From Octopus sinensis (Eukaryota): a stretch of DNA of 64,000 nucleotides. The stretch covers positions 69,998,001 to 70,062,000 of the forward strand of contig NC_043009.1 of the NCBI RefSeq assembly GCF_006345805.1, in the 5' to 3' direction. The position numbers and the translations under genes were made by a program. Positions 26,073-40,242 of this stretch are shown here, one piece after another. Within the stretch, counting starts at the first letter, position 1. Each line of letters opens with the position of its first letter. The notes beneath the pieces are model-generated. The model was not told where the DNA came from. It was given only the letters and a program-made list of their open reading frames with translations, and did no database searches.

Positions 26073-28347
26073 CACGCAAACACACATTATACATACATAT
26101 ATATATACATTATACATCAAAATGGATATGAATTGAGCCGGTAGAAACGCTGTTCTTAAAGACAGGAATAACCTCCGAATTTCCTGCTATTCTTGCAGCA
26201 GTGTTGGAGACACAACTCGGGTCTCCTTATCTGCTCTGTCTTTATGTTTTCTGCACCGAAGAATGGTAATTCCCCTTTTGTTTTTTACCAAACTTGATTA
26301 AGCGAAACCATGAGGAAATCCGTTCCAGCCGTTATCGTACGTATCATGATTATATTAGCTAACATGTAAACTTTTTCTAAGGGCATCATTTATGATTTAA
26401 AGGGCAACATGGCTGGTATTTCAGCCATTCAAGCATCTACTGAAATGATTCTGCGTTCGCTCATCTTCATTCTTCTTAGTTTTATTGAGATTCAAGTCAG
26501 CCTTGAAGGATCAGATTTATTATCAAAGATTGACCTCTGATGGCCGTTTCATCTTTTTTATTTTTATTTTCCTTGTTAAGTAAACATATAATCATTACTT
26601 CTCTGTCAATTCTCCTTTTTAAAAAAAAATTGATGGTGAATCGAAGGAATGACTGCTATTACTAGCCAATCGAGAAACTCCTTTTGTTGATTCCTGTTGA
26701 CTATTTGTTCTATCTTTTAGTCGATATCACTGAAAATGAATTTTATCTTCGTAATTAGTCAGGTATTTCGAATCATTGATTTCTGTGCATATCAACCATT
26801 AGAGTACATAATACGAAAGTTGATGAGAAACCCTTCAGAAAGAAACTAAAATGTGGATTTCAATTTCGCTTACGGTTAATAAAAATTAAATCTTGAAAAA
26901 ATTATTTCAAGTTTCATAACGTATCATGCAGGCCTTTCTTTTTTAATGTCTGAATATGGAACTGAAGTTTCAGACAAATTGGTTCTTTCACGTCGATCTG
27001 AGATCACCGAAAGAGGTATTAGCAAAATTTAACGAAACTTTCGCACACCTGAATGTTTGAAGATCCTTGAGTCTGTTTTGCGAAAGACTTGCTGTAAACA
27101 ATGCGCTGCAAAAGATTAACGGTTGTTAGAAAATCGATATTTTCTTGGTAAATTCAATTGATTGATTATCTCATTTATCAGTTTCTAACCTCAAAGACGC
27201 TGCTATCAAGAAACACTTGAAGATGTATATATTTTATAATTTCAGCTTCAGGTGGTTTGGAGGATACATTCCAAGTGGAATAACAAGATCACACATAGAC
27301 ACTCCACCAATATCCGATTCAGTTGTAGGATTATGGATATCGGTTCTGCATCACATAATAATTATCTCTAAGTATAGTTTATAAAGTGTTGTCAGGTTAT
27401 ACATTTTAGCTATATTCCAGATTTTCACCGAATATATACATACAACTCTGTGCGCGCGCGCTCGAGTGTGTGTGTGTGTGTGTGTGCGCGCGTGTATGAC
27501 AGAGCGTTGAAAATACCAAACTGTACAAACTCTTGAGAATATTTCATTTTATATCTTGCCGAATTGACAGAAACGTTACAGCAGTGGATTGGACATGTTG
27601 CGGCACATGTGCCGGCTTTCTGCGCACGCATTTCAAATGTAGTTGGAGTTGGAGTTTACGTCAACCGAGAAACTCGGTGCCTCTACAAGAAACTAGTAAC
27701 AACTGTTCACTTTTCGCGACATATTAATAATCCTGTGCGTTACTCTCACCTCGTCGCAAACTTAATGGGTTTTGAGAATGCAAAACTTATTAGTTAATTA
27801 TTGTATTCGAATGAGTCGAAAAGGAATAGATAATAAAGGACCCGTCTCTCAACTCTTCCCCTTATCATAAGGGATCAACTCGCACAAATCGCTCACTGTT
27901 ACTAAAAGGTAATTCAAGAAGATCCTTTGATACGGACACACACATCTTAGAGCGAAATTCTTCATTTATTGCAACTTGCTCCAAATATTAGTTCTCTAAA
28001 ATTACATCTATACCAATTTCTTTACTGACCACAAGGGGCTCAACACAGAGAGGACAAACAAGGACAGACAAAGGGATTGAGCCTCGTGCATTATACAAAC
28101 GATCAGTTTCCAATTCGAACGACACAGAACAACGAAGTTACCAGTTTTTGGCAAGTCGGATTTCTCTTGACAAATATTTCCCAAATTGTCACTCGACATG
28201 GTAAAGAGCGGCCTCACCCGACACGGCTACGTTCCCATTGACTTATTTCTATTTCATTTGGATTTCGGTGTTATCTCCCTTGATTGTCTTAAACAGAATT
28301 AATTATCGAAACGAGTATTTCCTTCTCCTCGGTATAGATGTAAAATA

Positions 28348-28755
28348 AAGGCGGCGAGCTGGTAGAAACGTTAGCGCGCCGAGCGGAATGCTTAGCGGTA
28401 TTTCGCTGTCGTTACGTTCTGAGTTCAAATTCAGCCGAGGTCGACTTTGCCTTTCATCCTTTCGGAGTCGATAAATTAAGTACCAGTTACGCACTGGGAT
28501 CAATGTAATCGACTTAATACCTATGTCTGTCTTTGTCCCTTCTATGTTTGGCCCCTTGTGGGTAATAAAGAAATAGGTATTTCGTCTGTCTTTACGTTCT
28601 GAGTCCAAATTCCGCCGAGGTCGACTTTGCCTTTCATCCTTTTGGGGTCGATAAATAAAGTACCAGTTTCGCACTGGGGTCGGTGTAATCCACTTAATCC
28701 CTTTGTCCTTGTTTGTTCCCTCTATGTTTAGCCCCTTGTGGGCAATAAAGAAATA
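28348..28755 (+). mobile_element. SINE family A, full length, with tandem duplication of its 3' three-quarters
   Basis: Unit 1 spans about 28348-28575. The second unit restarts at GGTATTTCGTCTGTC (about 28577) and ends in the same CCCCTTGTGGG-AATAAAGAAATA tail. Confidence 0.92.
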
Positions 28756-29307
28756 TATATTTAAAGGTGACAGGAAGAGAGTTGAGATAAATTTCGGTAC
28801 TGTGTCTAGCAAACTGAATGCAAATCGAATGAAAAATGCTGATTTTCCAACAGGAGAAAACATTGAGAAATGACTGCAGATTAAATATTCGACACAATTA
28901 GTTGAATAATTAAGCTATTATTGTTAATATATGTTTAACTATTCTCGAACGTTGCTGTAAATGTTGTTTGAAATCGTGAACATTGCCGCTGTCCATGTGA
29001 AAGAAAGAGCACGAACAAGAAGCTGAGTGGCATGCCGTCGTAGGAGGAGTGAGGTGGATAGCTAAGAGGAAAGAAAAACGTATTTAGATTATTAACTTTT
29101 AATTCTATATAAGACGTATAAATTATGTTATTTAGCTTGTTACGATAAAGCAAAATAAATCTTCAAAAAAAAATTCAGAAAAAGAAACCAAAAACAAAAA
29201 AAGAAAACGAACTAAAATTCCGGATAACTTGATATTGTTTCAAAAAGCAAATTATTATATTTTTGAAATTAAGCGAATTTAATAATAAATCTCAATAAAT
29301 TCATGTC

Positions 29308-29358
<51 letters not shown>

Positions 29359-29571
29359 TAATAATAATATGAACTGCAATAAAATTTGGGCTGGCGAAGA
29401 ATATTATTTCCTGAGATCAACAACTATTATATTTTGAAATTAATATATGACTGATATTGCAAAACAATTTGACGTAGGCCTTCTATTGCTACAGGCCACT
29501 GTCAACAATGTCGCGGAATTAACTGCAAAACTTTTGTGTTTTATATTTTATTGTATGTCTTTGGTAACCGT

Positions 29572-29651
<80 letters not shown>

Positions 29652-29769
29652 GAGACGACATTAACATTTAATTTCGTTTCATTTTATTATTAGTAGCTTA
29701 GTCGCTGACATGTTTTTATATTAAGGTGAGCGATCTTATGCATATATATTTGAGTGTATATGTAGATGT

Positions 29770-29807
<38 letters not shown>

Positions 29808-29825
29808 ATATATATATATATATAT

Positions 29826-29845
29826 ATCTATGACATCAAGTTACC

Positions 29846-29891
<46 letters not shown>

Positions 29892-29910
29892 TAACTTGAT
29901 GTCATTAGAT
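29826..29910. repeat. Inverted repeat closed by a (TA)n loop
   Basis: ATGACATCAAGTTACCTA...(TA)n...TAGGTAACTTGATGTCAT, perfect 18-bp arms. Confidence 0.93.
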
Positions 29911-30896
29911 ATATATTTGATATTCTAATGAAATTGTCAAAGACCTATGGAATTATTGTATAACACAAGCAAAACTTCTCACACGACTGCAAACCCATAT
30001 ACACTTGCACGCTCGCACGCACTCATACACACACGCGCGCGCGTTCATATATGTGTGCTTGCGTGCTGTTGTAGTCGCATAAGTATAGAATCATTAATAT
30101 ACATATTCGTCTCCCTCACTCCCTCGCACAAAAACACATAGAAACATATATGGAAACACACACACCTAGACAGATACATGCGTGCACAAACACACACACA
30201 CACAGACTCACGATGCGCGCGCACGCACACATATTTTAAAATAAAATTCAGATAAAAGCTTTGTAGAATGCTATGCAAAGCACGTCCACAGTTATGGGCA
30301 ACCTGATGCTACCAGATAATAGAAATACTCCTGCTACTAAATAGCCATCAGGAATTTTATAGAATCCGTACAATTTATGTAAATAGACAAGTAACAGAAA
30401 ATGGTATGAACGCCATTCTTTACCTAAAATTCGAACAATTGTTTCGACATATCTTTACGTTTTAATGATCAGATTAGAAGAATTAAGAAAAGAAAGATAG
30501 TTTAGATCCTTTAAAGAGACACGGAAATATTTAGAAACCGCAATGGCCAACCATCACCACTTTATAACTTTATTATCTCTAAACGCTCAATATCATTCTT
30601 CCTTTTATTATTCGGTGCAGTAGAAATGGTGAGGTGATATGTTTAAGGGAGAGATATAAATGAAAAGGGCGATGAATATACACCGTGAGGTACTGAGGTA
30701 CGGAGAGAGAAAATTAGTTCCTGATCCAAACGGTGACGGGAGTCCGAGTCGCCTCTGTGCAAGGTCGGGCCGAACGCAGACAGGGTTGGAAGAGAATAAC
30801 CAGTCGAGTGGAAATAGCGTAAAGTCGGGTTGTTGTTACTGAGTCATACACACACACAAACACACATATATATATGCATACACACACATACATACA

Positions 30897-30942
<46 letters not shown>

Positions 30943-30944
30943 CA

Positions 30945-30979
<35 letters not shown>

Positions 30980-31029
30980 GCACATACACACACACTTTAT
31001 GTATGTTTGTGTGTATGTATTTATGTATG

Positions 31030-31092
<63 letters not shown>

Positions 31093-31547
31093 GCAGAGAG
31101 AGAAGGAAAAAGGTGGGAGAGGGATTGTGTGGCTGGGTTAATGTAGACATGAATCTCTGTATGAAGGGGGAGATTAAAGATAATAAAAGAATTATACACA
31201 AACGAATACAATGGAAATGAAATATTGATAAACACACAAATACGAAGTGTAGTGATGAACAAACAACTTGTTACGCTAGCAAATGCAGTGAACAATGTGT
31301 GGGGGTGGGGTGGAAGACAAAATTAAAAAGTACAAAACGATAATGAAAGTGTCTTTGTTTCGATTAGTCAACCCACAAGTTTGAAAATATTAACATCAAT
31401 AAAATCTACAAATCATGAATACTGTCTGTACGAAACAACCTGAAACAAAAGAAGACTAAAAAAAAAAACACTGAGAAATATTCAACAAAGAAACAAAATG
31501 GCGACTTGTAAGAACAAGAAAACATTTATTATAAGAACAGTGATGGA

Positions 31548-31580
31548 AAAAACAACAAAAACAACAACAACAACAACAAC

Positions 31581-31629
<49 letters not shown>

Positions 31630-31648
31630 TAATAATAATAATAATAAC

Positions 31649-31687
<39 letters not shown>

Positions 31688-31688
31688 C
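31548..31688. repeat. (AAC)n/(AAT)n microsatellite
   Basis: Read directly from the sequence. Confidence 0.95.
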
Positions 31689-32199
31689 TTAGAAAGACTT
31701 CAGTATACAAAATGTCATCATCCTCATCATCATCATCAACAGCAGCAGCAGCAGCTGCTACAAATTCACTATCATCACTAGCAACATCAACAAATCTCTC
31801 ATCAGATCATCATCATGAGCATTATCAACATCATAATGAACAACAGCAAGTCTACCAGCGTCACTATGAAATTAGTTCCATACAGATCAATAGATGGATG
31901 GTTGAACGTCTATCGTTAAATTGTCAATCGTGGAACACTTCTGTACAAGGTAGTAGAGTCTTGAAACATTAAAGTTTCTTATCGAAAAATTCGCGAGTTT
32001 CTTTGTCGAAATTTTTGCTAAGGTCTCCAACAACATAAGAGACGAAGCTATCCCAATCAATCCTAAACAAAGGTCTCTTAATAAGTCACAAACTAAATAA
32101 TATCCCAGGGTGAGCTCAGCATCGATGGAAAACATACATTTAGCAAAAAGAACGAAGCTCGTTGGACCTCAATTTTCAATATGAATACGGGCCGTGAAA

Positions 32200-32760
32200 G
32201 CGTTGTCATCGATCTTTTGCGAACTCTGTCATATCAACAGGCCTTAGTTTAGGATTCATTAGGATAAATTCGTTAATTATTTCATAGAAGACAGCAAGCT
32301 TTTCAATAAAGAAACTTGCGACTTTTCCAATTGGAAACGAAATTCTCCTGCTGATCCGTTGACTATGGTCTGCCATTGTATCGTGAACTAAATACTTGTA
32401 TCAAACATTGTTTAAAGAAACGTTATTAATGTTGGCCATTGAATTAGGGACTACATCTAGCAAATAATCGACTGTGCTATTTCATTGAATCACTCCTTGT
32501 ATTCAAACCTGATGTAAGATGTCCTGTTTGGATATTTACTAAAATCAAGGGATGTCTCATGGACTGGGGTCGCCTATTCAAACATGAAGTAATATGTTCT
32601 ACTACTGAATCATGGAATAATGTCTTCTATTATAACATGGACAAATGTGCTATTAAACATGCACTAGGGTCTCCAATTAAATTGAGGAATATGCTCCTCC
32701 ATAGAACCATGCCCTAAGCGCTCGTACGATAATTTGAACCATGATGCACCGCTGATTCAT
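32200..32760 (-). mobile_element. Heavily decayed CR1-like RT C-terminal fragment
   Basis: Minus strand MFE*ATPV (compare LEYAxPVW) followed by FEYKE*FNE (compare SYxERL), with many stops. Confidence 0.4.
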
Positions 32761-34770
32761 GTACCAAAGTCTTCCCTTGAAGCATTGACTGATTGCTTCT
32801 ATTGAATCATGGTTGGAAGTTTCCATTTCAATCACAGAGATATTGATTCATTTTGACTCAACGCACAGCTAGATTTCCTAGTCTTAACTATAATTAACAT
32901 CAATGCTTTATTGTTCCTTAATTGAATTTCTAGGGAGCCTCTCAGCGGTGGCTTAATTATTAATCAATCGAGCTCAAATGCCGTCCCATTATTTGAAAGA
33001 AAAAATAATAAATAAACAACAACAACAAAACGGAAAGACAGTTTGGATAATATAATTCTGGACGTAGAGTCTGAAGAGAAAAAAGAATTTGGTCATGGCT
33101 GGATGACTTTGATCATAAGTCTGTAGAATCAGAGCTAACCCGCGTCTAAACAATCGCTAAAAGAGCAATCAAAGCCAATGTACACACGCGCACACGCAGA
33201 TAAAAATAGATACATAGAGAAAGGGAGAGCGACACACAGACGGATACATACACAAATAAAAAGGTATATATATATATATATATATATAGGGAGAGAGAGA
33301 GAGAGAAAGAGGGAGAGAGAGAGAAAGAGGGAAAGAGAGAGAGAAAGAGGGAGAGAGAGACAGACAGAGAGATACATATACACATGTGCTCAAACAGACG
33401 AACACACACACACACACAAAAATAATAAAATATATACAGGTAACAATACTGAATATCTGAATTTGAAGTAATTGTTCTGTGAAGCCGAACAGGAGAATTA
33501 CACAGTTCTGTATTCCACTCAGTATTTTATACATCAAAATGACCGACCAGCCTTTATAGAATGACAACACCTGGCAAAATTCAAGAGATTCCAGCAACAA
33601 CGTGGCATAAAAGATAAATGAGAGTCTTTATTATTTTTATGGCATTTCTTGAAAGGAATTTATAAGAAAGAAATGAGAAAGTTATTGCCTTTTATCGTAT
33701 AAAAGAATAAAGTTTTCCACAAACCACGAAAATCTCGAGAGTACAGGGTATTTTAAAAAAAGAATCTATCGCTTGTACTCTAAGTCCCAACCGCTTGCTT
33801 CGTTTCTCATTTTTTTTTCTCCTTCCTTTGAGCTGGAAAGAGGAAGATATCAACATAACATGCATATGGTTGTATGTGTGTGTGTGTGTGTGTGTGGGTG
33901 TGAGTGTGTGTGTGTGTGTATGCACTTTTATTTTTCTGTATGTAAGCATTTAGATATGTAAATAAACAGATCAACATAGAGACGGATAGGTGCATAGGTT
34001 ACAAGAACAGACACATATGGAGACACGGATCCACACACATAAAGATGCACATCCATACATACAAACATGGTACATAGTTGCATAACACACACACAGAGAC
34101 ATGCACACACAAAGAGACAGACGTGCATACATATGCAAACACATGCTCACACACACATACATAGAATATACATAGAATGTATAGGCACACACACACACAC
34201 ACACTGACCCACACACATGTGCACAAACAAACAAACAAAAGGGAACGCAGTGTAAATAACGGACAGAGTCAAAACTATTGAAAAGGTTGCAAGGCGCAAC
34301 GAAAATTTTAGGAAAATAAGAAATAAGAAAAAAGTGCAAACTTTACTGGTGAGTGTGTTATATTATAAGGCACAAAAAGAAAATGACTCTCCCCAGACAC
34401 AATAGAATGTTCCAGGGACATTTCATTTCAAAACATTACATATACATGATTACATGCAATAAATTACACAGGTCCTGAATAAACTTACCCGTGTCTGAAA
34501 AGCACGGTGTGACACTTACGAAACCCTGTTATTGTCCATAATATGACTCAGTCACTTTTACATCTGGTGGAGACTATTAAATGTTCACGTCTTGTCACAG
34601 CCGATCTCAGACACAAACAAAGACAGACAGAAAGAGAGGAAGCAAAGTGTCCAGTGTTGGACGATGACTGTAGTGAGACTGAAACGCGGCATTGACGGTG
34701 GTTTGATGCGAACTAGTAAGGAGAACTAGAGAAAATGATGCAGAATAATTATATATATATATATGTATAT

Positions 34771-35150
34771 AGGTGCAGATGTGGATGTGTGGTAAGTAGC
34801 TTGCTTACCAACCACACGGTTCCGGATTCAGTCCCATTGCGTGGCACCTTGGGCAAGTGTCTTCCAGTATAGCCTTGGGCCGACCAAAGCCTTGTGAGTG
34901 GATTTGGTAGACGGAAACTGTAAGTAGCCCATCGTATATATGTATGTATATGCTTGTGTGTGTGTGTGTGTGTGTGTTAGTCCCCCCAACATCGCATGAC
35001 AACCGATTATGGTGTGTTTACGTCCCCGTAACTTAGCGGTTCGGCAAAAGAAACCGATTGAATAAGTCCTGGGGTCAATTTGTTCGACTAAAGGCGGTGC
35101 TCCAACATGGCCGCAGTCAAATGACTGAAACAAGTAAAATAATAAAAGAA
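34771..35150 (+). mobile_element. SINE family B (CORE-like), near full length
   Basis: tRNA-like head GTGGTAAG...GGATTCAGTCCC, CORE-like GCACCTTGGGCAAGTGTCTT, an internal microsatellite and the tail CAGTCAAATGACTGAAACAAGTAAAA. Confidence 0.9.
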
Positions 35151-35198
35151 TATATATATATGAACATATATATGCATATATGTATGTACATACACATA

Positions 35199-35247
<49 letters not shown>

Positions 35248-35249
<2 letters not shown>

Positions 35250-35469
35250 TCTTTCACCTGTTTCAGTCATTTGACTGCAGCCATGCTGGAGCACCGTCTT
35301 TAGTCGGGCAAATTGACCTCAAGACTTATTCTTTGGAAGTCTAGTACTTATTGTATCGCTTTCGTATGCCGAAGCGCTAAGTAACGGGGAAGTAAACACA
35401 CCAGCATCGGTTTTCAAGCGACGTTGAGGGGGACAAACACAGACACACACACCACACACACACACAACA

Positions 35470-35540
<71 letters not shown>

Positions 35541-35712
35541 AATATTTACGACTGGTTTCTTTCAGTTTCCGTCTACCAAATCCACTCACGAGGCTTTGGT
35601 CGTCCCGAGGCTATACTGGAAGACACTTGCCCAAGGTGCTACGCAGTGGGACTGAACCCGGAACCCTGTGGTTCGTAAGCAAGCTACTTACCACACAGCC
35701 ACTCCTACGCCT
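35248..35712 (-). mobile_element. SINE family B, full length, inverted relative to the preceding copy
   Basis: Reverse complement of the family B sequence from tail to head. Confidence 0.92.
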
Positions 35713-35735
35713 TGTTTAAGTGCGCTTATATACTT

Positions 35736-35811
<76 letters not shown>

Positions 35812-36120
35812 GTATGTATGTACGTATGTTATGTATATGTCATGATATGTTAGCACACAAACTTGTGCATGATTATATATACTCGTATGTTTGTGTATGT
35901 ATATCTTGATATGTAATGTGGGACATAGAAAGATCAAAAGACGAAAAATGGTCAGAAGTCTGAAGATGTGGCGGGAAACACATCCACTCTCTCCCACTCA
36001 CTGAGCTAGGTGGTCGTATACAGTTTGTCTGTATGCGGTTCTAAGTCTATGATATCTATATCTATACGTATGTATGTATGTATGTATGTATGTATGTATG
36101 TATGTATGTATGTATGTATG

Positions 36121-36152
<32 letters not shown>

Positions 36153-36639
36153 GAGAGAGAGCTAGAGCTAGAGTGTTCAAGTCTGATAAAGAAACAAACA
36201 GACTGAAGCAAATATAAAAGAAAAAAAGAAAACGGTGCCGAGGCCGAAAATCAAGAAATAAAAAAAAAAGAAGAAATAATTGAAAGAATTCTGGACAATG
36301 GAGTAGAAATATCGACGAGATTTTAGTTGATGATGTAAATATTCCTGTTGCAAAGAATTGATGTTTCAGATAAAAATAAGTATCAGCGCAAACACCACCA
36401 CCACCACCACCACCAACAACAACAACACCAACAACAACACCATGTATTAACTTTGCTATTAAGAGCAACAACAATAACAAACATTGAATAATCGATATAT
36501 ATTGTAAATATCAACGACAACTTTAATGAGTTCTTTCAGACCTTCAGTTATTCAGCTTTGAAAGGAATTTGTGTTTTTAAGGTAAGTTAATATAAGAAAA
36601 AAATATTTATAATATAAAAAAAAGAAAATACAATAATGT

Positions 36640-36673
<34 letters not shown>

Positions 36674-36693
36674 ATAATAATGATAATAATAGC

Positions 36694-36737
<44 letters not shown>

Positions 36738-37000
36738 TGATCATGCTGCTGACGACGTCCATTGTGTAAACATACAAAATTTCACACTTTTTTTTGTGTG
36801 TGTGTGTGTGAAGATGGTCAGCAATAGATCTGAAAGAAAATGGTAGATATTCTGAAAAGAGACAGTATTATAAGCCTCTCAATAGCATTTCTTCTTTCTA
36901 CGGCTCTTTACAATTCCAACTAAGTGGCACAAGATAAAATAAAAACAATAAATGTTTTAAAACGTAAAAATAAGACAAGAAATCAACAGTAAACTACAAG

Positions 37001-37032
<32 letters not shown>

Positions 37033-37131
37033 GAAAATAATAGCATAACAATAAAAAGTTGGAATATAAAAACTAATAACTCAAACTAAAATCTAAGAAA
37101 GATGCTGACAACCTCTGAAATAAGGTGTATT

Positions 37132-37164
<33 letters not shown>

Positions 37165-37419
37165 TATTATTATTATTATTATTGTGGTGGAGATAAATGA
37201 TATTTGACTCGTTGTTTGATGTCTTCGACAATGCTTTTTTTTTCTGTGCCTTCATCTTGTTCGTTGTAGATTTGCGCTTTGTTTTTGCGGCCCAAATAAC
37301 AAGAGAGAGTCTTCTCATACTTCCTGGGATTTTTCAGGCGATTCTTGGTGTAATATATCCAACAACAGAAATCACAACACACACACACACACACACACAT
37401 TGCGTCTCGTTATTTCGTT

Positions 37420-37545
37420 GTTTGAACCCCACCACAACTTGAAAGCAGGTGTTTGTTACGTCCCCGTAACTTATCGGTTCAGCTCAACAGATCCAGCATG
37501 GCCGCAGTCCAATGACTGAAAGAAGTGCAAGATATAAGACAGAAA
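37420..37545 (+). mobile_element. SINE family B, 3' remnant
   Basis: TACGTCCCCGTAACTTA..CCAGCATGGCCGCAGTCCAATGACTGAAA. Confidence 0.7.
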
Positions 37546-37620
37546 AAATCGTGTGTGTGTATGTGGGTGTGTGTGCGCGCGTGTGTGTGTGTGTGCGCGC
37601 GTGCGTGTGTGTGTGCGTGT

Positions 37621-37673
<53 letters not shown>

Positions 37674-38806
37674 CATGTGTGTTCGTTCGCGCGCGTTTAT
37701 ACGAGAGTAAGTTTGTAAAATCTACAAATGCGAAAAGTAAAATGGAGCAATATTTTCTACTTCAGAAGTCTGTTGCCAAAAACAGACTTTTCTGATATTT
37801 TAGGGTGTTTTGGCGCTCATGTTTATTTTAAAATTTCATAGCTTCATAGAATGCTAGCAAGTACGATTCTACAATAGCGATTGTACAACCAGAAATAATA
37901 GCCAAATCCTTTTCGAATTATAACTTTGCTTATTAGGATGTGTGGAGTACATTGTTATATATAGAGGGGAAGAAATAGCCAAATCGTTGTTGGTTATTTC
38001 CTCCTCCCCCCCGCCTATCCATAATGCTTCCTCCCTCTCTCTCTCTCTCTTCCAACCCTCTCGGTACAACTATGCCTTTCTTATATTGCGGGACAGAATG
38101 AGGTTCGCAGAGCAAAAAGAGAGAAACGTCACTTGGTCTTATTAATTTTAAGTTTTGCGCCGGAAGAGAGGGGAATCGAAACCAGACTGCAACTCACTTC
38201 ATTGATGTCGCTAATATTTTTGTGAATATTTCTCATACAATTCCTTTCTTGTTCACCAAATCCTTTAGAGATATGGAATCTGCTAAGATCAGCTTCTGCA
38301 TCTACTCACGTGACTTACCAATACTTTTTGGACAAGAAAAAGAAAGCTCGAAATCGAAGTCATTTGAATTCAGTGAAGAACACTCGTTGCCAAGGAAACA
38401 AAACAACAGATACCAGTAATATAATGAGTTGTATTCAGTTCATAAACTGTTTTCTTATCTTAGCAAACACAAGTGAAATATTTTCAGTATACGAAAAATG
38501 ACAAGACTAGTCTAAAACCAAATTCGCCCTCCACCTCCCAGATGAACGCCGTTCCTTCAACATATCTATCCAACTAGTGAAAATTCCGAAAGTATTGATT
38601 CGCCAGTTACCCGGAATCCAACATTACCAATTGAATTAGTGCCAACACCAATTGTTTGGACATCTTTATGTAAAGTTGTAAATACATGTTAATGCGGTGA
38701 AGCTGAAATGCAAGACATCTGCTGGCTCGAGATCGCCATGCAAGTTTATCATTTCCTCCATCTTCATACCTGTTACTCTCTTTCAATTTTCTCCTGTATA
38801 TCTATA

Positions 38807-38888
<82 letters not shown>

Positions 38889-39569
38889 CTTATCTACCTG
38901 TCTGTCTGTCTGTCTGTCTGTCCAAATGCCCTCCTCTTTCGCTGTCCAACATGTACCATGTTTTTATCTATCATGTCTTCATGATACTCACGCATAATGT
39001 ACAGGTGGGTGCCTCAAATTTTCTTCGCAGCCATGGGAATCCCGGTTCGATTCTGACTGCCTCTCTACCTGCATCCATCTATCCATCCATCTATTTATAT
39101 ATAAATACATAAATATATGGGGGTAGTTGAATGAGTCAGTATTTGTGTGTGTGTGTGTATGTGTGTATGTGTGTAGAATTTGAGAGAGAGAGAGAGAGAG
39201 GGAGAGAGAGAGAGAGTGGGAGGGGGATCGTTTATGTAAAACAGCCGTCGAGTTGTTTCTATAGAAAACAGTGAATGGAGGTCACTGAAAAATATGTGAC
39301 AGAAATAATTGTTGCGATCGATATGATGGACAAAAAATCGTTGAAGGTGATGACCTGGCATGGCTGCGGTTCAATGACAACAAATAGTTAAAATATAAAA
39401 AAAGAACAATTCTTAACCATTTCCTCCATTAGCACCAGTCCTCGGTAGAATCGATAACATACATCGCCTGGAACTTATTCAGCAACTCAATATGAAAGAA
39501 TCGTTTGCATTAGCTTAATAATTGCAGACGAGTTTAGCTGAAAATAACCATTAGTCGAGGTTATTTATT

Positions 39570-39740
39570 AGATAAACCTATGAGCGAAAGCATTTTCCTT
39601 GTGACCATTCGGTCATTTTCCCTCGGTGCTCATACAGTGCACAAATGTATAATGCCTTTTCTTTCTAAGACATTAGCGTATGATTTGAGATATATTTAGC
39701 TGCTATTTCTAATGGTTTGGCGACAACATAGAGGTTCTCC
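39570..39740 (+). mobile_element. Family F dispersed repeat
   Basis: TATGATTTGAGATATATTTAGCTGCTATTTCTAATGG..CATAGAGGTTCTC. Confidence 0.6.
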
Positions 39741-40044
39741 AGTTCTCTTGAATAATCATTAATAGAAACCACTTGCTTGGTCGTGTTGCCCACGGACTTA
39801 TAAAAAAGGTAAAAAACAAAGATAAAATGTGTATGTTGCTCAGGAACAGACGCAGTGGATTAGTGGAATCGCTCGGGCGTCTGTTAAAATTCCTTTCGAC
39901 ATTTGTTCCGTCTCTTTACATTCTAAGTTCATACCCTTCCAGGAAAGATGAAGAGAAAATTTGACAAAGTCGGGTTTTAAATGCAGAATGTCACAGCAAA
40001 AACCACAGCAAAAAAAGCACGTTTTAAAATTACTTTTATAATTA

Positions 40045-40210
40045 TGTTATCACGCTGGACAAAATACTTAGCGTTCAAATTCAGAGTTCAAATTCTGCCA
40101 AGGATGACTTTATCTTTTATTCTTTTGGGGTCGATAGTTGAATATTGGGGGGTCAGCATAATCGACTTATCCCTTTCCCTAACTTGCTCGCTTTATGTCA
40201 AAATTTGAAA
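40045..40210 (+). mobile_element. SINE family A, degraded
   Basis: GAGTTCAAATTCTGCCAAGGATGACTTTATCTTTTATTCTTTTGGGGTCGATA. Confidence 0.65.
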
Positions 40211-40242
40211 TCATCATCATCATCATCATTATTATTATTATT

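Noticed and set aside
31712-31972. S/A/H/Q-rich ORF resembling a transcription-factor low-complexity region
   Set aside because: Built from degenerate (TCA)n/(GCA)n repeats next to an (AAT)n tract; no domain and no splice support.
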